Made by a program: the position numbers and the translations under genes. A stretch of 64,000 nt of DNA from a virus (Duplodnaviria; Caudoviricetes): IMG/VR virus record IMGVR_UViG_3300033121_002193, positions 32,001 to 96,000 of that record. One strand, given 5' to 3'. Below the pieces are notes generated by a model that was given only the letters and a program-made list of their open reading frames with translations, did no database searches and was not told the origin of the DNA. This document shows positions 29,427-38,901 of the stretch, piece by piece (position 1 is the first letter of the stretch; each line of letters starts with the position of its first letter).

Positions 29427-30848
29427 CTATTCATTGGTATTGAGTTGCTCCTGAATCCATTTAGTAGCTGTTTCTTCATCCTGTTCAATTGCTATTTCAA
29501 CAGCTCGTTTGGCTACATTGAGTAATCGCTTACTTTTAACTTTAAGAGCAAAGCTTTCTTCTATTAATACGGAAATTTGACGTTGTTTGTCATAGTCAAT
29601 CAACGGAATAATTAAATCTTTGAGTGTTTCTTGATTCAATCGCTGTTGAACGGAACCTCTGGCCAATCTGTCAATCATTTCGAAGAAAAATTTGCTATTA
29701 AATAGCAGGGTATAAACACTCGGGATATAGTAATCGGGGAGGTAAAAGCACAAAACATTGTCTGAATAAATCGCCCCATTTAGTTCGTCTCTTATTTCAC
29801 CAAAAACTCCTAAAGAACCTACTCGCGCAGTTATTATCCCCCCTTTTTTTGCCATACGAACGAAATTTTTCTTTTTGACGTAATAGTTATCGTCAAACTC
29901 TATTTGGCCACATTTAATGTTGGTACTTCTTATATAAAACGTTAGTCCCTCAATTTCATTTTTTCTGAAGTATTCCGGCGAATACTCTCCGGTATCAATA
30001 TGAATGATAAGATTAGCCAAAGAATCCCATCGATTGTGATGTTTAATGTGGCTCTCAATATCATGATATTTTTTCTGGTAATACTCTGCATCTAATCTGC
30101 CTGTAAGCATGAAAGAATCTTTAAAACTTTTAATGTTTACAGGAGATGTGCTGGGTTCAAAATCATTTAAACCAATCGTTTCGAGCAAAAGGGTTTCAGC
30201 AGAATTATATAATGCTTTGCTTTCAGTTAGCTTATCTTGCGCTTTGTAAAAAGATTTTTCTATTTCTTTTTGAAAACCTTCGGAATATGTAGGAATAATC
30301 ACAGTTTTTAAATCGTCAAGATTTAAACCCTTTTGAATTGCTCCTCTTTCTTTTCTTATTAATAATTCACGACCATATTTACAATTAAGAAAAGTTAATA
30401 TGTAAACTGGATTGATTTTAGAAATTCTTATAACCGTACTTTTACAACTAAAAATAGCAGGTAAATCTTTAGTTTGAACAATACAAGCATTTCCAAGTGT
30501 CCCAACTACTGAAACTAAAATATCTTTTTCTTTAAGAGCATATTTTTTTAATCTTTCATAATCGTCAAATGGAACAAATCTATTCTCACCGTCTTTTAAT
30601 ATAAAAGGCTTTACATCTTGGCCTCTTACGTATCGATATTCTCCATTTTCGACATAATTTTCAGTGTCAAAAGCTGAACCAAAAGGACCAATTAAGAAGT
30701 TGGCAACACTATTAAGTGCCGTATAGTTATTCTTGCAAACTTGTTTCTCGAAAGACAGTAGATGCTTCCTATAATACTCACTATCTATCCTTCCACTATA
30801 TTCTAAATCTGATTTTAAAATTTCTATTATCTCAAGCCCTTCTAACAA
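29427..30848 (-). CDS. hsdS: HsdS-like specificity subunit (two TRDs), probably translated as a -1 fusion to the upstream RM gene
   Basis: RIDSEYY / RLDAEYY repeats, GAIQKGLN, GSVQQRLN; called TTG start lies inside a hairpin with no RBS. Confidence 0.85.
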   Translation of the reverse strand: MLEGLEIIEILKSDLEYSGRIDSEYYRKHLLSFEKQVCKNNYTALNSVANFLIGPFGSAFDTENYVENGEYRYVRGQDVKPFILKDGENRFVPFDDYERLKKYALKEKDILVSVVGTLGNACIVQTKDLPAIFSCKSTVIRISKINPVYILTFLNCKYGRELLIRKERGAIQKGLNLDDLKTVIIPTYSEGFQKEIEKSFYKAQDKLTESKALYNSAETLLLETIGLNDFEPSTSPVNIKSFKDSFMLTGRLDAEYYQKKYHDIESHIKHHNRWDSLANLIIHIDTGEYSPEYFRKNEIEGLTFYIRSTNIKCGQIEFDDNYYVKKKNFVRMAKKGGIITARVGSLGVFGEIRDELNGAIYSDNVLCFYLPDYYIPSVYTLLFNSKFFFEMIDRLARGSVQQRLNQETLKDLIIPLIDYDKQRQISVLIEESFALKVKSKRLLNVAKRAVEIAIEQDEETATKWIQEQLNTNE

Positions 30849-30890
30849 AGCTTTATATTTAGCTTCGTTAGAAGGGCTTAGACGAAAAAA
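30834..30890 (-). promoter_or_regulatory. Putative -1 programmed ribosomal frameshift signal
   Basis: Slippery T TTT TTC (30890-30884), 4-nt spacer, 19-bp stem with 8-nt loop; the -1 frame is open into hsdS. Confidence 0.75.
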
Positions 30891-32980
30891 CTGAATTTTT
30901 CCTTTTTAGCAAATTCGGCAAAAGCTTCGGCAATACCGTCCTTTGTTAGTCCATCGTGATTAAAAAGATCGTGCTTAACTATTAAATGCCCGTGGGTATC
31001 TAACAGGTATTCGTCCAAAATTTGTGGCGTTGCTTCGTAATGGTCAAATGGTACGGCAACTAACGTAACATTATTTTCTTTTTCGGTCGATTTTGAAAAA
31101 TCATTTTTACGGACAAATATTTTTTCACCGCTGTTGTCCTTACTTGACTCTTGCATGGTGGCAAAAAAAATAGGATAATCATCTACCTTTGGGCAAAGCT
31201 TATCGTCCCACTTTTGCACGAACAATACACTTGTTTTAGTTCCGGTATGGGGCTTAAAAACATTTCCGTGCAAGCCCACCACTGCTAATATGCGGCATCG
31301 TTCTGCAATGAAATCACGTATTTGTTTGTCGCCGCTGTTGTTGAAACGACCTTGAGGCAAAACAAGAGCCATGCGCCCACCAGGTTTTAAGAAACTTAAA
31401 TTGCGTTCAATAAATAAGATATCACGGCCCAAAGCACTTTGATATTTTCCGCTTATTTTTTTACCAAGTTCATACTTTGCTATCATGCGCGGTTCTTTGA
31501 TATCACCAGCAAAAGGCGGATTAGCCATTACAACATCAAAGCCAAAATCTCGATTATCATCTTTTGTTAAACGTAATTTACGTAGCTTTTTCCAACCCTC
31601 ACCATAAATATCTAACCAATTTTCGTCTTTTGTTTTTTCATCCCATCGTTCATAATCAAGAGTGTTCAAATGCAATACATTAGTTTGTCCATCACCAGCT
31701 ATCAAATTTAAAGTACGACCAACACGAACTGCTTTTTCATCAAAATCGATAGCAAAAACTTTGCTATTCACATAATCTTCGCAGCGAGCAGATTTTTTTT
31801 CTGTAGTATAAAGATGGTTTTGGCTGGTTCCTTCAATTTGTTGCCATACATGAAAAATTGCGTGCATAGGAAAACCACAACTTCCAGCGGCAGGATCAAT
31901 CAATGTTTCATTTTCTTTAGGATTAAGCATTTTGACGCACATGTCGATAACATAGCGTGGTGTAAAATATTGTCCTTTTTCACCTTTACTGGATTTGTTG
32001 ATTAGATATTCAAAAGCTTCATCAACTACATCGAGATTAGAATTAAAAAGCTTAACTCCTTCAAGGGCAGCTATGCAAACAGCCAAATGGCTAGCTGTTA
32101 ATTGAATTTTTGTGTCATCGTTAAAAACGCCATCCCATTTTTTTCTGGCCTTATCGAATAGATCTTGAATTTTGGCTTTAAGTTCCGTTTCTGTATCGCC
32201 ATAGTTTTTAAAAACTAAATAACGTTTTCTATCGCGACCGCCTTCCAATTCATCATAGAGTTTAGTGAAAATAAGTTTAAACATTTCTTCAAAAACATCT
32301 ACGCCCGCATTGGCTAAAACCTCATCTTCCATTTCTAAAATTAAATCTCGAAGTGATTTTTTCTCATTAACAAGCTTATCTTTTTTGATGAGATCTTCAA
32401 TCGTCCAGCGTTCACTTAGGATGTCAGAGAGTTTTTCATGAGCTGAAGGAATTGTCGGGATGTCTTCAAAATAATTGGGATCTTTACGATGATAAAATGA
32501 AATACTATCGCCATTGCTCCATACGCCTATTGGCGCTCCAGTTGCATTACAATAGGATTTTAATTGTTCTTTGCCATCTTTTAGTTTTGGCTTTTTTAGT
32601 TCTACTAAAATATATGGGGAGGTAGGCTTCATTGCATCGAAAATACAAATATCAGCACGTTTTTTTTCAACGCCAAAAGTTACACCATATTCAAGCTCTA
32701 AACGGCTAATTGGATAACCAAAATCTTCAGTTAATACCATGACATACAATTGACGTATGGCTTCCTCTGGAGTGAGCTTCATTTCTTTGCGGCGTACAAG
32801 ACAATTAATATAAGGTGTAATTTTTCCCTTGATATCTTTTGTAATAATACGACTTTCAAATTCTTGTATTTTGGCGGCTTTAAATTGTGTTAACTTATAT
32901 GCCGAGTCTTTGAATAATTCACTAATATTGTACATATGTTTTATTTTTATAACGGATTGTTTCGAGATTTTAAAAATCAA
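30878..32980 (-). CDS. Fused nuclease (HsdR_N-like) + N6-adenine methyltransferase (type IIB/IIG-like RM subunit)
   Basis: PEEAIRQ..RADI..LVELKK nuclease; GQYFTPR, DPAAGSCGF, ANPPF; likely start at ATG 32935. Confidence 0.88.
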   Translation of the reverse strand: MIFKISKQSVIKIKHMYNISELFKDSAYKLTQFKAAKIQEFESRIITKDIKGKITPYINCLVRRKEMKLTPEEAIRQLYVMVLTEDFGYPISRLELEYGVTFGVEKKRADICIFDAMKPTSPYILVELKKPKLKDGKEQLKSYCNATGAPIGVWSNGDSISFYHRKDPNYFEDIPTIPSAHEKLSDILSERWTIEDLIKKDKLVNEKKSLRDLILEMEDEVLANAGVDVFEEMFKLIFTKLYDELEGGRDRKRYLVFKNYGDTETELKAKIQDLFDKARKKWDGVFNDDTKIQLTASHLAVCIAALEGVKLFNSNLDVVDEAFEYLINKSSKGEKGQYFTPRYVIDMCVKMLNPKENETLIDPAAGSCGFPMHAIFHVWQQIEGTSQNHLYTTEKKSARCEDYVNSKVFAIDFDEKAVRVGRTLNLIAGDGQTNVLHLNTLDYERWDEKTKDENWLDIYGEGWKKLRKLRLTKDDNRDFGFDVVMANPPFAGDIKEPRMIAKYELGKKISGKYQSALGRDILFIERNLSFLKPGGRMALVLPQGRFNNSGDKQIRDFIAERCRILAVVGLHGNVFKPHTGTKTSVLFVQKWDDKLCPKVDDYPIFFATMQESSKDNSGEKIFVRKNDFSKSTEKENNVTLVAVPFDHYEATPQILDEYLLDTHGHLIVKHDLFNHDGLTKDGIAEAFAEFAKKEKFSFFV

Positions 32981-32986
32981 AATACT

Positions 32987-33211
32987 TTAATTCTTATTCC
33001 AACGAGTTTGCGCAGCTTTTTGGGCAATTTCTTTGCGTTTTTGAGGCGTAAGTGATGCTGCTCGTTTTGCTCCACCTTTTTTACCTAAAGCTATTGCGTT
33101 TAAATCTTTGCCATCATCTTCCTTGTCTATTATTTGTCCAGTCGCAATATCCCCTATTAGTTTTGCTAATTGAACAGGATCGCGTGGACGTTTTTTTATT
33201 TTTTCGGCCAT
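32987..33211 (-). CDS. Small basic IS1-associated protein (KGG-type motif)
   Basis: KRPRDPVQLAKLIGDIATG..ALGKKGGAKRAASLTPQKRKEIAQKAAQTRW. Confidence 0.75.
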   Translation of the reverse strand: MAEKIKKRPRDPVQLAKLIGDIATGQIIDKEDDGKDLNAIALGKKGGAKRAASLTPQKRKEIAQKAAQTRWNKN

Positions 33212-33270
33212 ATCAATAGTATAACATTACTATTTATTGATTCCTATGTTGCCATTTTCAAACTGACCCA

Positions 33271-33417
33271 CTACCCTTGTGCACATAATTTAATACACTT
33301 CATTGGATTCAGTGAAGTCTTACACATCATAATACACTCATGCACAGAACCTCCATCTGCTTTTACAGAACCAGTAAACATCAAAGCTAAAAAAGTCATT
33401 AAAAATAATTTTTTCAT
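33271..33417 (-). CDS. Small secreted Cys-rich peptide (48 aa, CX3C-X8-CX3C)
   Basis: MKKLFLMTFLALMFTGSVKA-DGGSVHECIMMCKTSLNPMKCIKLCAQG*; AAGG RBS; below the ORF-track size cutoff. Confidence 0.65.
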   Translation of the reverse strand: MKKLFLMTFLALMFTGSVKADGGSVHECIMMCKTSLNPMKCIKLCAQG

Positions 33418-33484
33418 TGTATTTTACCTTTCATTAAAAACTTTAACACAAATAAATTCAAAATAAAAGATTAATGTTTGTTTT

Positions 33485-34395
33485 TCACAAAATAAATATT
33501 AAAAAATCATTCGCAAGAATGAGAAAAAAAGATTCAGTTATATCAAACTGCTTTACTTGTGGATGACAAATATCCGAGTAAGAATTGGAACAATAAATTG
33601 TCGTATATTTATCAGCAATCATGTCTATGCCACGACTAAACACTCCATGAGAAACATATAAATCCAAACATTCAATTGAAAATCTTTGCAACGCATTAGC
33701 GACACATAAAAAAAGTACTGCCTCCATCACAAATATCGTCTATCGCTAAAACAGTTTTGTATTGTAATTCATTGCCACTATAATCTATTTTAAAAGAAAA
33801 AATCTTACCTTCTTCATCTCTCTTTTTTTTTGCTACTATAACCTCGCCAACGTTTTTATTTTTCAAAACATCTTTATATCGCTCAAAAGCCCCTTTGTCA
33901 GGAAAAACCACACAAATTTTTTTGTTATAACTATCAATAATCTTATTAATAAACGGAATAGCAGAAATTTTACAAACAAAGCCAAAATTATAATACAACT
34001 TATTTTCTATATTGTGTGGATCAAATACTTGTAATATTCCTTTTTTTAAAAATAAGCTTTTTGCTACCTTTAAAAATCATGTTTAAATAAACTTCTAAAT
34101 CAAAACTTCTATCAGCACAAAACCGTCTATCACTTCTAGCGCCAAACAAATAAGGCATAACAACATTATAGCTTAAATTTAATTCATCTAAAATATTAAA
34201 TACTTGTAATAAAGAAATAAATTCGTCGTTACTTTTAATATAACAATAAACAACTATACCTTTAATTTTATTTTCTGAAATTATTCTGTCAATCAAATGA
34301 ACACAAGAACTAGTTTGCCCATCTGCAAATTTAATTATACTAACAGGCAATTCAATAATTTTGTTATTATTATACTCAAAAGCAATTTTTATCAT
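33485..34395 (-). pseudogene. Ribose-phosphate pyrophosphokinase-like (Adps-like) gene in three frames
   Basis: KFADG, PYLFGARSDRRF, FDPH, FPDKGA..RY, IDDICDGGSTF, LYVSHGVFS; both breaks fall in 7-nt homopolymers. Confidence 0.8.
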
Positions 34396-34459
34396 TATTT
34401 ATCCCGAATAAAATTAACTGCATTTGCAAATTAAAAAAAAACAAATCATATTTTTGTAA

Positions 34460-34678
34460 TTACTCTTGCATTATTTCTATTCCATTTTTATAAGTACATT
34501 TAATTAGTAATTTGCCATTTTCATCAAACCATTCAAATAAACCTTGCTTTAAACCATCTTTATAAGTACATTTAATATTAGATTGTCCATTTTCATGAAA
34601 CAACTCATATAGACCATCATATACATCATGTTTAAATGTGCATTTAATAAAAGGCTTATCATTTTCGTAAAACTTTTC
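34460..34678 (-). pseudogene. 3' half of a MORN-variant gene split by IS1595
   Basis: EKFYENDKPFIKCTFKHDVYDGLYELFHENG..QE* continues the 38840 gene. Confidence 0.75.
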
Positions 34679-34706
34679 CAGTATTATGTAGCAGCTACAC
34701 CTAAAA

Positions 34707-34907
34707 TTAAGGCTGCCTAACCTGATTTTTTAAAAGCTTCACTTCATCCTGCAGCTTATTGATTCTATCGTTTAGTCCTACGAGTTGGTCAGACAATTCC
34801 AAAATGGGTGGCACACCAATTGTTTCTGAAAGTCTTGCTACTATCATTTGTTCTTCCATCGTCAAAAGCGTTTTAAGTTTTTCCAAGATTATCTCTATTT
34901 TAGTCAT
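34707..34907 (-). CDS. Hypothetical coiled-coil protein (IS cargo)
   Basis: 66 aa, GGAG RBS. Confidence 0.5.
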   Translation of the reverse strand: MTKIEIILEKLKTLLTMEEQMIVARLSETIGVPPILELSDQLVGLNDRINKLQDEVKLLKNQVRQP

Positions 34908-35025
34908 ACATAACTCCAGCTGATGTTTTCATCTAAGAGACCTAATTGCCTCAATTTGCTGCCCACAACCCATAAAACACATCATTTAAAGATGTAATCA
35001 AGAAAATTAATTTACGGTAGCAGTT

Positions 35026-35298
35026 TTGGCTATGAAGGAGGTTTACCTAAAGTATATCGGCGCCAATGTATTGAAATTCAGAGCTGAAAAAGGTTTAACG
35101 CAGGAACAGTTGGCTGAAGCCATTGATATTGAACCAAATTATTTGCAGAAGATTGAACACGCTCGGGTCACTTTGAGCTTAGATGTGCTTTTTAAACTGG
35201 CAGAGTTTTTCAAGGTAACGCCTCAGACGTTTTTTCAAGAAGTGCCTTTAACGAAAGTTAAGGTGGGTAGGCCGAAAAAAGCAGCTAAAAAACATTGA
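35026..35298 (+). CDS. XRE-family HTH regulator
   Basis: RAEKGLTQEQLAEAIDIEPNYLQKIEH. Confidence 0.9.
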   Translation: MAMKEVYLKYIGANVLKFRAEKGLTQEQLAEAIDIEPNYLQKIEHARVTLSLDVLFKLAEFFKVTPQTFFQEVPLTKVKVGRPKKAAKKH

Positions 35299-35355
35299 TA
35301 TATTCATTAAAACAAATGACTTGATTGTTTTTAAATAAAAAAATATCCGTCAAAT

Positions 35356-35655
35356 ATGAACAATAATATACATGATATACAAAAAGAGGCCTTAAAAGCG
35401 TTTAAAGACATAAAAGCACATGAGCAGGCAGATATTTTTAAAAGTACACCTGGCTCAACAACATTCGAAGACATACATAATTTAACAAAAAGTGTGGGTC
35501 CCTTAACTCAAAAAATGTTTGAAGATAAAATTGAAGCTCTTCAGGCTGATATCAATTCTATTAAGTCTGATCTAAAAGAAATTAAAGATTTTATCCTTAA
35601 GTCCCCGGTGGCCGGGTCAAAACCGGCCAGTGAAACCCGCGTAGGTGGTGGGTAA
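35356..35655 (+). CDS. Hypothetical protein (IS cargo)
   Basis: 99 aa ORF. Confidence 0.45.
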   Translation: MNNNIHDIQKEALKAFKDIKAHEQADIFKSTPGSTTFEDIHNLTKSVGPLTQKMFEDKIEALQADINSIKSDLKEIKDFILKSPVAGSKPASETRVGGG

Positions 35656-35700
35656 AAAAGCAGGACGTTAAATCACTCCTTCGCAAAAGAAGGACAAAGG

Positions 35701-35886
35701 ATGAATGTCTTGAAAGCGCAACAAATCAATGACCTGCAAGTCTTATTAAAGGCAGGGCTCAGCTACCGAGCGATAGGGCGCCAGCTCGGTATCTGGCGAG
35801 AAACGGTCAGTAAATACGATCAATCTCTAGGCATCAGTGGGTCATCAAAAGCGGCCAGTGGTGAGGGGGGTGGCCGCCGGGGTTAA
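35701..35886 (+). pseudogene. N-terminal fragment of an IS21-family IstA transposase
   Basis: MNVLK..LLKAGLSYRAIGRQLGIWRETVSKY HTH; GC-rich; truncated. Confidence 0.55.
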
Positions 35887-35907
35887 GTTGTCCAATTCTT
35901 AAAAATA

Positions 35908-36132
35908 CTAGGTCACAATATTTTCAATGACAGTGCTGGGCTGATACAGTCCTTTTCCTATCAATTGAGCCTCGTCATGTAAAAAATCATATATCAAACG
36001 ACTCTGTTGAGCTGGTTCTGGAAAACCGTGTTTATTCAAAAAATTTTCAAGAGCAGACAATAGTAAAGGATTGAAAACAAAAATTTCATTGTAGTAAACT
36101 TTAGATTTTGAAGCACTGTTTCCATTGTTCAT
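35908..36132 (-). CDS. Hypothetical protein (IS cargo)
   Basis: 74 aa, GAGG RBS, directly after the transposase. Confidence 0.45.
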   Translation of the reverse strand: MNNGNSASKSKVYYNEIFVFNPLLLSALENFLNKHGFPEPAQQSRLIYDFLHDEAQLIGKGLYQPSTVIENIVT

Positions 36133-36135
36133 GTT

Positions 36136-37197
36136 CTATTCCTCTTTGTATAAAAAAATTAAATTAGCATTATAAAAAAAATGTTTACATAAATAAGTAT
36201 AAGTCTTCCTCTTCAAATGCCTTTGCAAATAGCCACAAAAATTAGCGCTTGGTTTTTTATGCAAAGCCCTTAAAGCAATGTCGTTGACCATGCCGCCGTT
36301 ATCAACACGGCAATAATCTTCACGGTAAGCCATTTCAGTGGCGTACATTTTCAAATATTTGCCGGCAATGTGGTGGTACACGCCAATTTCTGCACGGCGT
36401 AGTCGTGAAAAATAGCTTTCAGCGTGATTGATGCAGGCACCATTCAAAGGGTTGAGATATTGGACTTTGTGGTTGACCCTTTTGACCTGGTAGTTTTTCA
36501 CCAGTTGATCGTAAGCCGTATGCTCATCCGTATAAATCACAGATTTTCTGTCCACGTTTTTCTTGATGAATTTTCGTACAAATTTGGGATTTTCTTTTTT
36601 GGTGACGCTGACACGTGTTTCAACTGCCCCACTTTCTTCATCATGTGATTTTAAGACCATCACACATTGGCGTTTGCCGTTCTGATTTTCAGCCAAACGC
36701 CGATCAATTCGATCTTGCTTGTTATTCTCTGGCTTTATATAACCACCAAAATAAGCTCCATCTACTTCAACTTCACCAGTGATGGAATTTTCAAATTCAC
36801 GTTTCATGGCTTCACGCATTTTATGCATGAGCACATAGGCTGTTTTATATTGGACCTGTAAGTCACGTGACAGATGAAGGGCACTGATGCCTTTGGCACC
36901 ATTTGAGAAGAAAACAATGGCTGCCAAATAGTCTTGCAAAGACAGCTTATGATGGGCAAATAACGTATTGCTGGTCAAGGTGAACGTTTTTTTGCAGGCT
37001 GCACAACGCCAGGATTTGCGTGTCTGGATAAACCAGAACTTATCTTTGCTTGTGCAATGAGGGCAAACTGGGTTTCCGTCGTTTTCAGAAAAACGGATTT
37101 TTTTGAATGTTTCAAACACTTCCCCATCTGTCATTTTATACACTTGCTTCACTGACAGTGTTTTGGCTTGGGGTGATAGTAAAAAGTGTTGAGACAT
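36136..37197 (-). CDS. IS1595-family transposase
   Basis: CPHC..CAAC; GEVEVDGAYFGG, YTDE, NHAESYFSRLRR, EMAYRED. Confidence 0.93.
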   Translation of the reverse strand: MSQHFLLSPQAKTLSVKQVYKMTDGEVFETFKKIRFSENDGNPVCPHCTSKDKFWFIQTRKSWRCAACKKTFTLTSNTLFAHHKLSLQDYLAAIVFFSNGAKGISALHLSRDLQVQYKTAYVLMHKMREAMKREFENSITGEVEVDGAYFGGYIKPENNKQDRIDRRLAENQNGKRQCVMVLKSHDEESGAVETRVSVTKKENPKFVRKFIKKNVDRKSVIYTDEHTAYDQLVKNYQVKRVNHKVQYLNPLNGACINHAESYFSRLRRAEIGVYHHIAGKYLKMYATEMAYREDYCRVDNGGMVNDIALRALHKKPSANFCGYLQRHLKRKTYTYLCKHFFYNANLIFLYKEE

Positions 37198-37253
37198 GTT
37201 TTTAACTTGTTTATTTTATTAATGAAGCTATAATGTCATTTATGAAATATCAG

Positions 37254-37313
37254 ATAAGCCTTAAAATTTCAATAATGACATAAAAGTTTTATTATTGAAA
37301 TTTTAAGGCTTAT
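37254..37313. repeat. Perfect 23-bp inverted repeat between the divergent transposase and DUF6471 genes
   Basis: ATAAGCCTTAAAATTTCAATAAT-14 nt-ATTATTGAAATTTTAAGGCTTAT. Confidence 0.8.
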
Positions 37314-37326
37314 TGGGAGGTATAAA

Positions 37327-37545
37327 ATGACAGAACAAGAGTGGAAAACTCAGGCTAAAAACTGGTTGAAGTCACAGCTGACTCTCAAAGGGATGAGCTA
37401 TGAAGAACTGGCCAATAAGCTACAGGCTATGGGGATAGAAGAGAATTACAATAGTATAAATACAAAGATAAATAGGGGGACTTTTAACTTTGTGTTTGTG
37501 CTACAATGTTTGAAGGCTTTGGATGTGAAAGAAGTGAGGGTGTGA
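37327..37545 (+). CDS. DUF6471-like HTH protein
   Basis: LKSQL..GMSYEELANKL..GIEE..INTKINRGTF..LQCLKAL. Confidence 0.75.
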   Translation: MTEQEWKTQAKNWLKSQLTLKGMSYEELANKLQAMGIEENYNSINTKINRGTFNFVFVLQCLKALDVKEVRV

Positions 37546-37627
37546 AAAGTTTTTAGCCATATAGACTTAATCTTGTTTAATACTGTAAACAATTTGCTGA
37601 AAAAGTGCTGAAGGGAAGGAGGGAAAA

Positions 37628-38083
37628 ATGTTAAAAGCTCAAGATATAGCTGATTATTTTTTATTTAAAAATAAAATTGTAAGTGAAGATGATGAAGGAT
37701 TATCTAATTTAAAGCTCCAAAAGTTGTTATATTATGCACAGGGCTTTCATATTGCTATGTATAAGAAACCTTTGTTTCAAGAAGCTATTGAAGCTTGGAT
37801 TCATGGCCCCGTTGTTCCTGAAGTTTATCATACCTATAAACATTATGGTTCTGTTCCAATACAGTTTAATCAAGACATTGATTTAGAAAAATACGACAAG
37901 GATACCCAAGACTTAATAAGTGAAGTTAATAGGATACAGGGACAATTTGCGGCATGGAAATTAAGAAATATGACTCACGAAGAGCCGCCTTGGAAGAATA
38001 CCCAGCTTGGTAAAATTATTGAGCATAAATTATTAGAATCTTACTTCGAAACTTTACTCGTCGATGAAGAAAATACGAAATAA
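37628..38083 (+). CDS. Panacea (DUF4065/SocA-like) antitoxin
   Basis: SNLKLQKLLYYAQG, EAWIHGPVVPEVY, LRNMTHEEPPW. Confidence 0.9.
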   Translation: MLKAQDIADYFLFKNKIVSEDDEGLSNLKLQKLLYYAQGFHIAMYKKPLFQEAIEAWIHGPVVPEVYHTYKHYGSVPIQFNQDIDLEKYDKDTQDLISEVNRIQGQFAAWKLRNMTHEEPPWKNTQLGKIIEHKLLESYFETLLVDEENTK

Positions 38084-38480
38084 TCGAAATCAATTCGAAA
38101 AATCAAAAAGTATTAAACTCGACGAAAATCTAAACGTCAAACGAGAAGATGAGCATCCGATTTTTTGTTTTAAGTATTTACATAAAGATTATTCATTAGA
38201 ACAATGTGAAAATCACGAGAAAATAGCCTTAATAGAAAAGTTATGCAAATTAAGTCAATTAACTTGGAATCAAATACATAATAGTCATCGTCATGGATTG
38301 GGATGCGAAAAAATTTCCAGAGATGCCATCAGATGTGGCATTCCCCCTCATATAACTAGCGATGTAACATCATTTATTGCTTTTCGGTTTTGCAGTCATG
38401 CGCCGATGGTTGGATATAAAAACCAAAGAATATTTCATATCATATGGCTAGATAGAGATTTTACCCTCTATAAACATTAA
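38064..38480 (+). CDS. Putative toxin partner (RelE-like)
   Basis: Overlaps the antitoxin; HGLGCEKI..AFRF..MVGYK..IFHIIWLDRDFTLYKH. Confidence 0.6.
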   Translation: MKKIRNNRNQFEKSKSIKLDENLNVKREDEHPIFCFKYLHKDYSLEQCENHEKIALIEKLCKLSQLTWNQIHNSHRHGLGCEKISRDAIRCGIPPHITSDVTSFIAFRFCSHAPMVGYKNQRIFHIIWLDRDFTLYKH

Positions 38481-38495
38481 TTTTAGGTGCAGCTG

Positions 38496-38840
38496 CTACA
38501 TAATACCGGTTTTTTCAAATAAACCATCTCGTTTATCATTTTTAAAGGTACATCTTCCTTTTAGCTTACCATTTTCATCAAACGACTCAAATAAACCATC
38601 TCGTTTATCATTTTTAAAGGTACATCTTCCTTTTAGCTTACCATTTTCATCAAACCATTCAAATAGACCATCACATACACCATTTTTGTATGTGCCTTTA
38701 ATATAAGGTTTACCATCTTTATAAAACGCTTCATATAGACTTTGCCTTAAAAAATTTTCATCTATATAATATCGTTCTAGTACAATTGTCTTTGTATCAT
38801 CGTAGTACGTTTCAATTTTAGTTAAGTTAGCGTTTATCAT
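38496..38840 (-). pseudogene. 5' half of a MORN-variant gene truncated by IS1595
   Basis: MINANLTKIETYY..repeats..DGLFEK, then reads into the TIR. Confidence 0.75.
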
Positions 38841-38901
38841 AACTAACATTATACGTAACAAAAGAAAATAATCAAGTAATGCTTTTTTTTAATATCAAAA
38901 C

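Larger units (their letters stand above)
28479..33275 (-). mobile_element. IS1-family element carrying an RM + specificity system
   Basis: TIRs GGTAGTGGGTCAGTTTGAAA / TTTCAAACTGACCCACTACC; 8-bp TSD CTTGTGCA at 28471-28478 and 33276-33283. Confidence 0.93.
34679..38508 (-). mobile_element. IS1595-family transposon with Panacea TA, XRE and DUF6471 cargo
   Basis: TIRs CAGTATTATGTAGCAGCTACACCTAAAATT / AATTTTAGGTGCAGCTGCTACATAATACCG; flanks match only 5/8. Confidence 0.85.
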
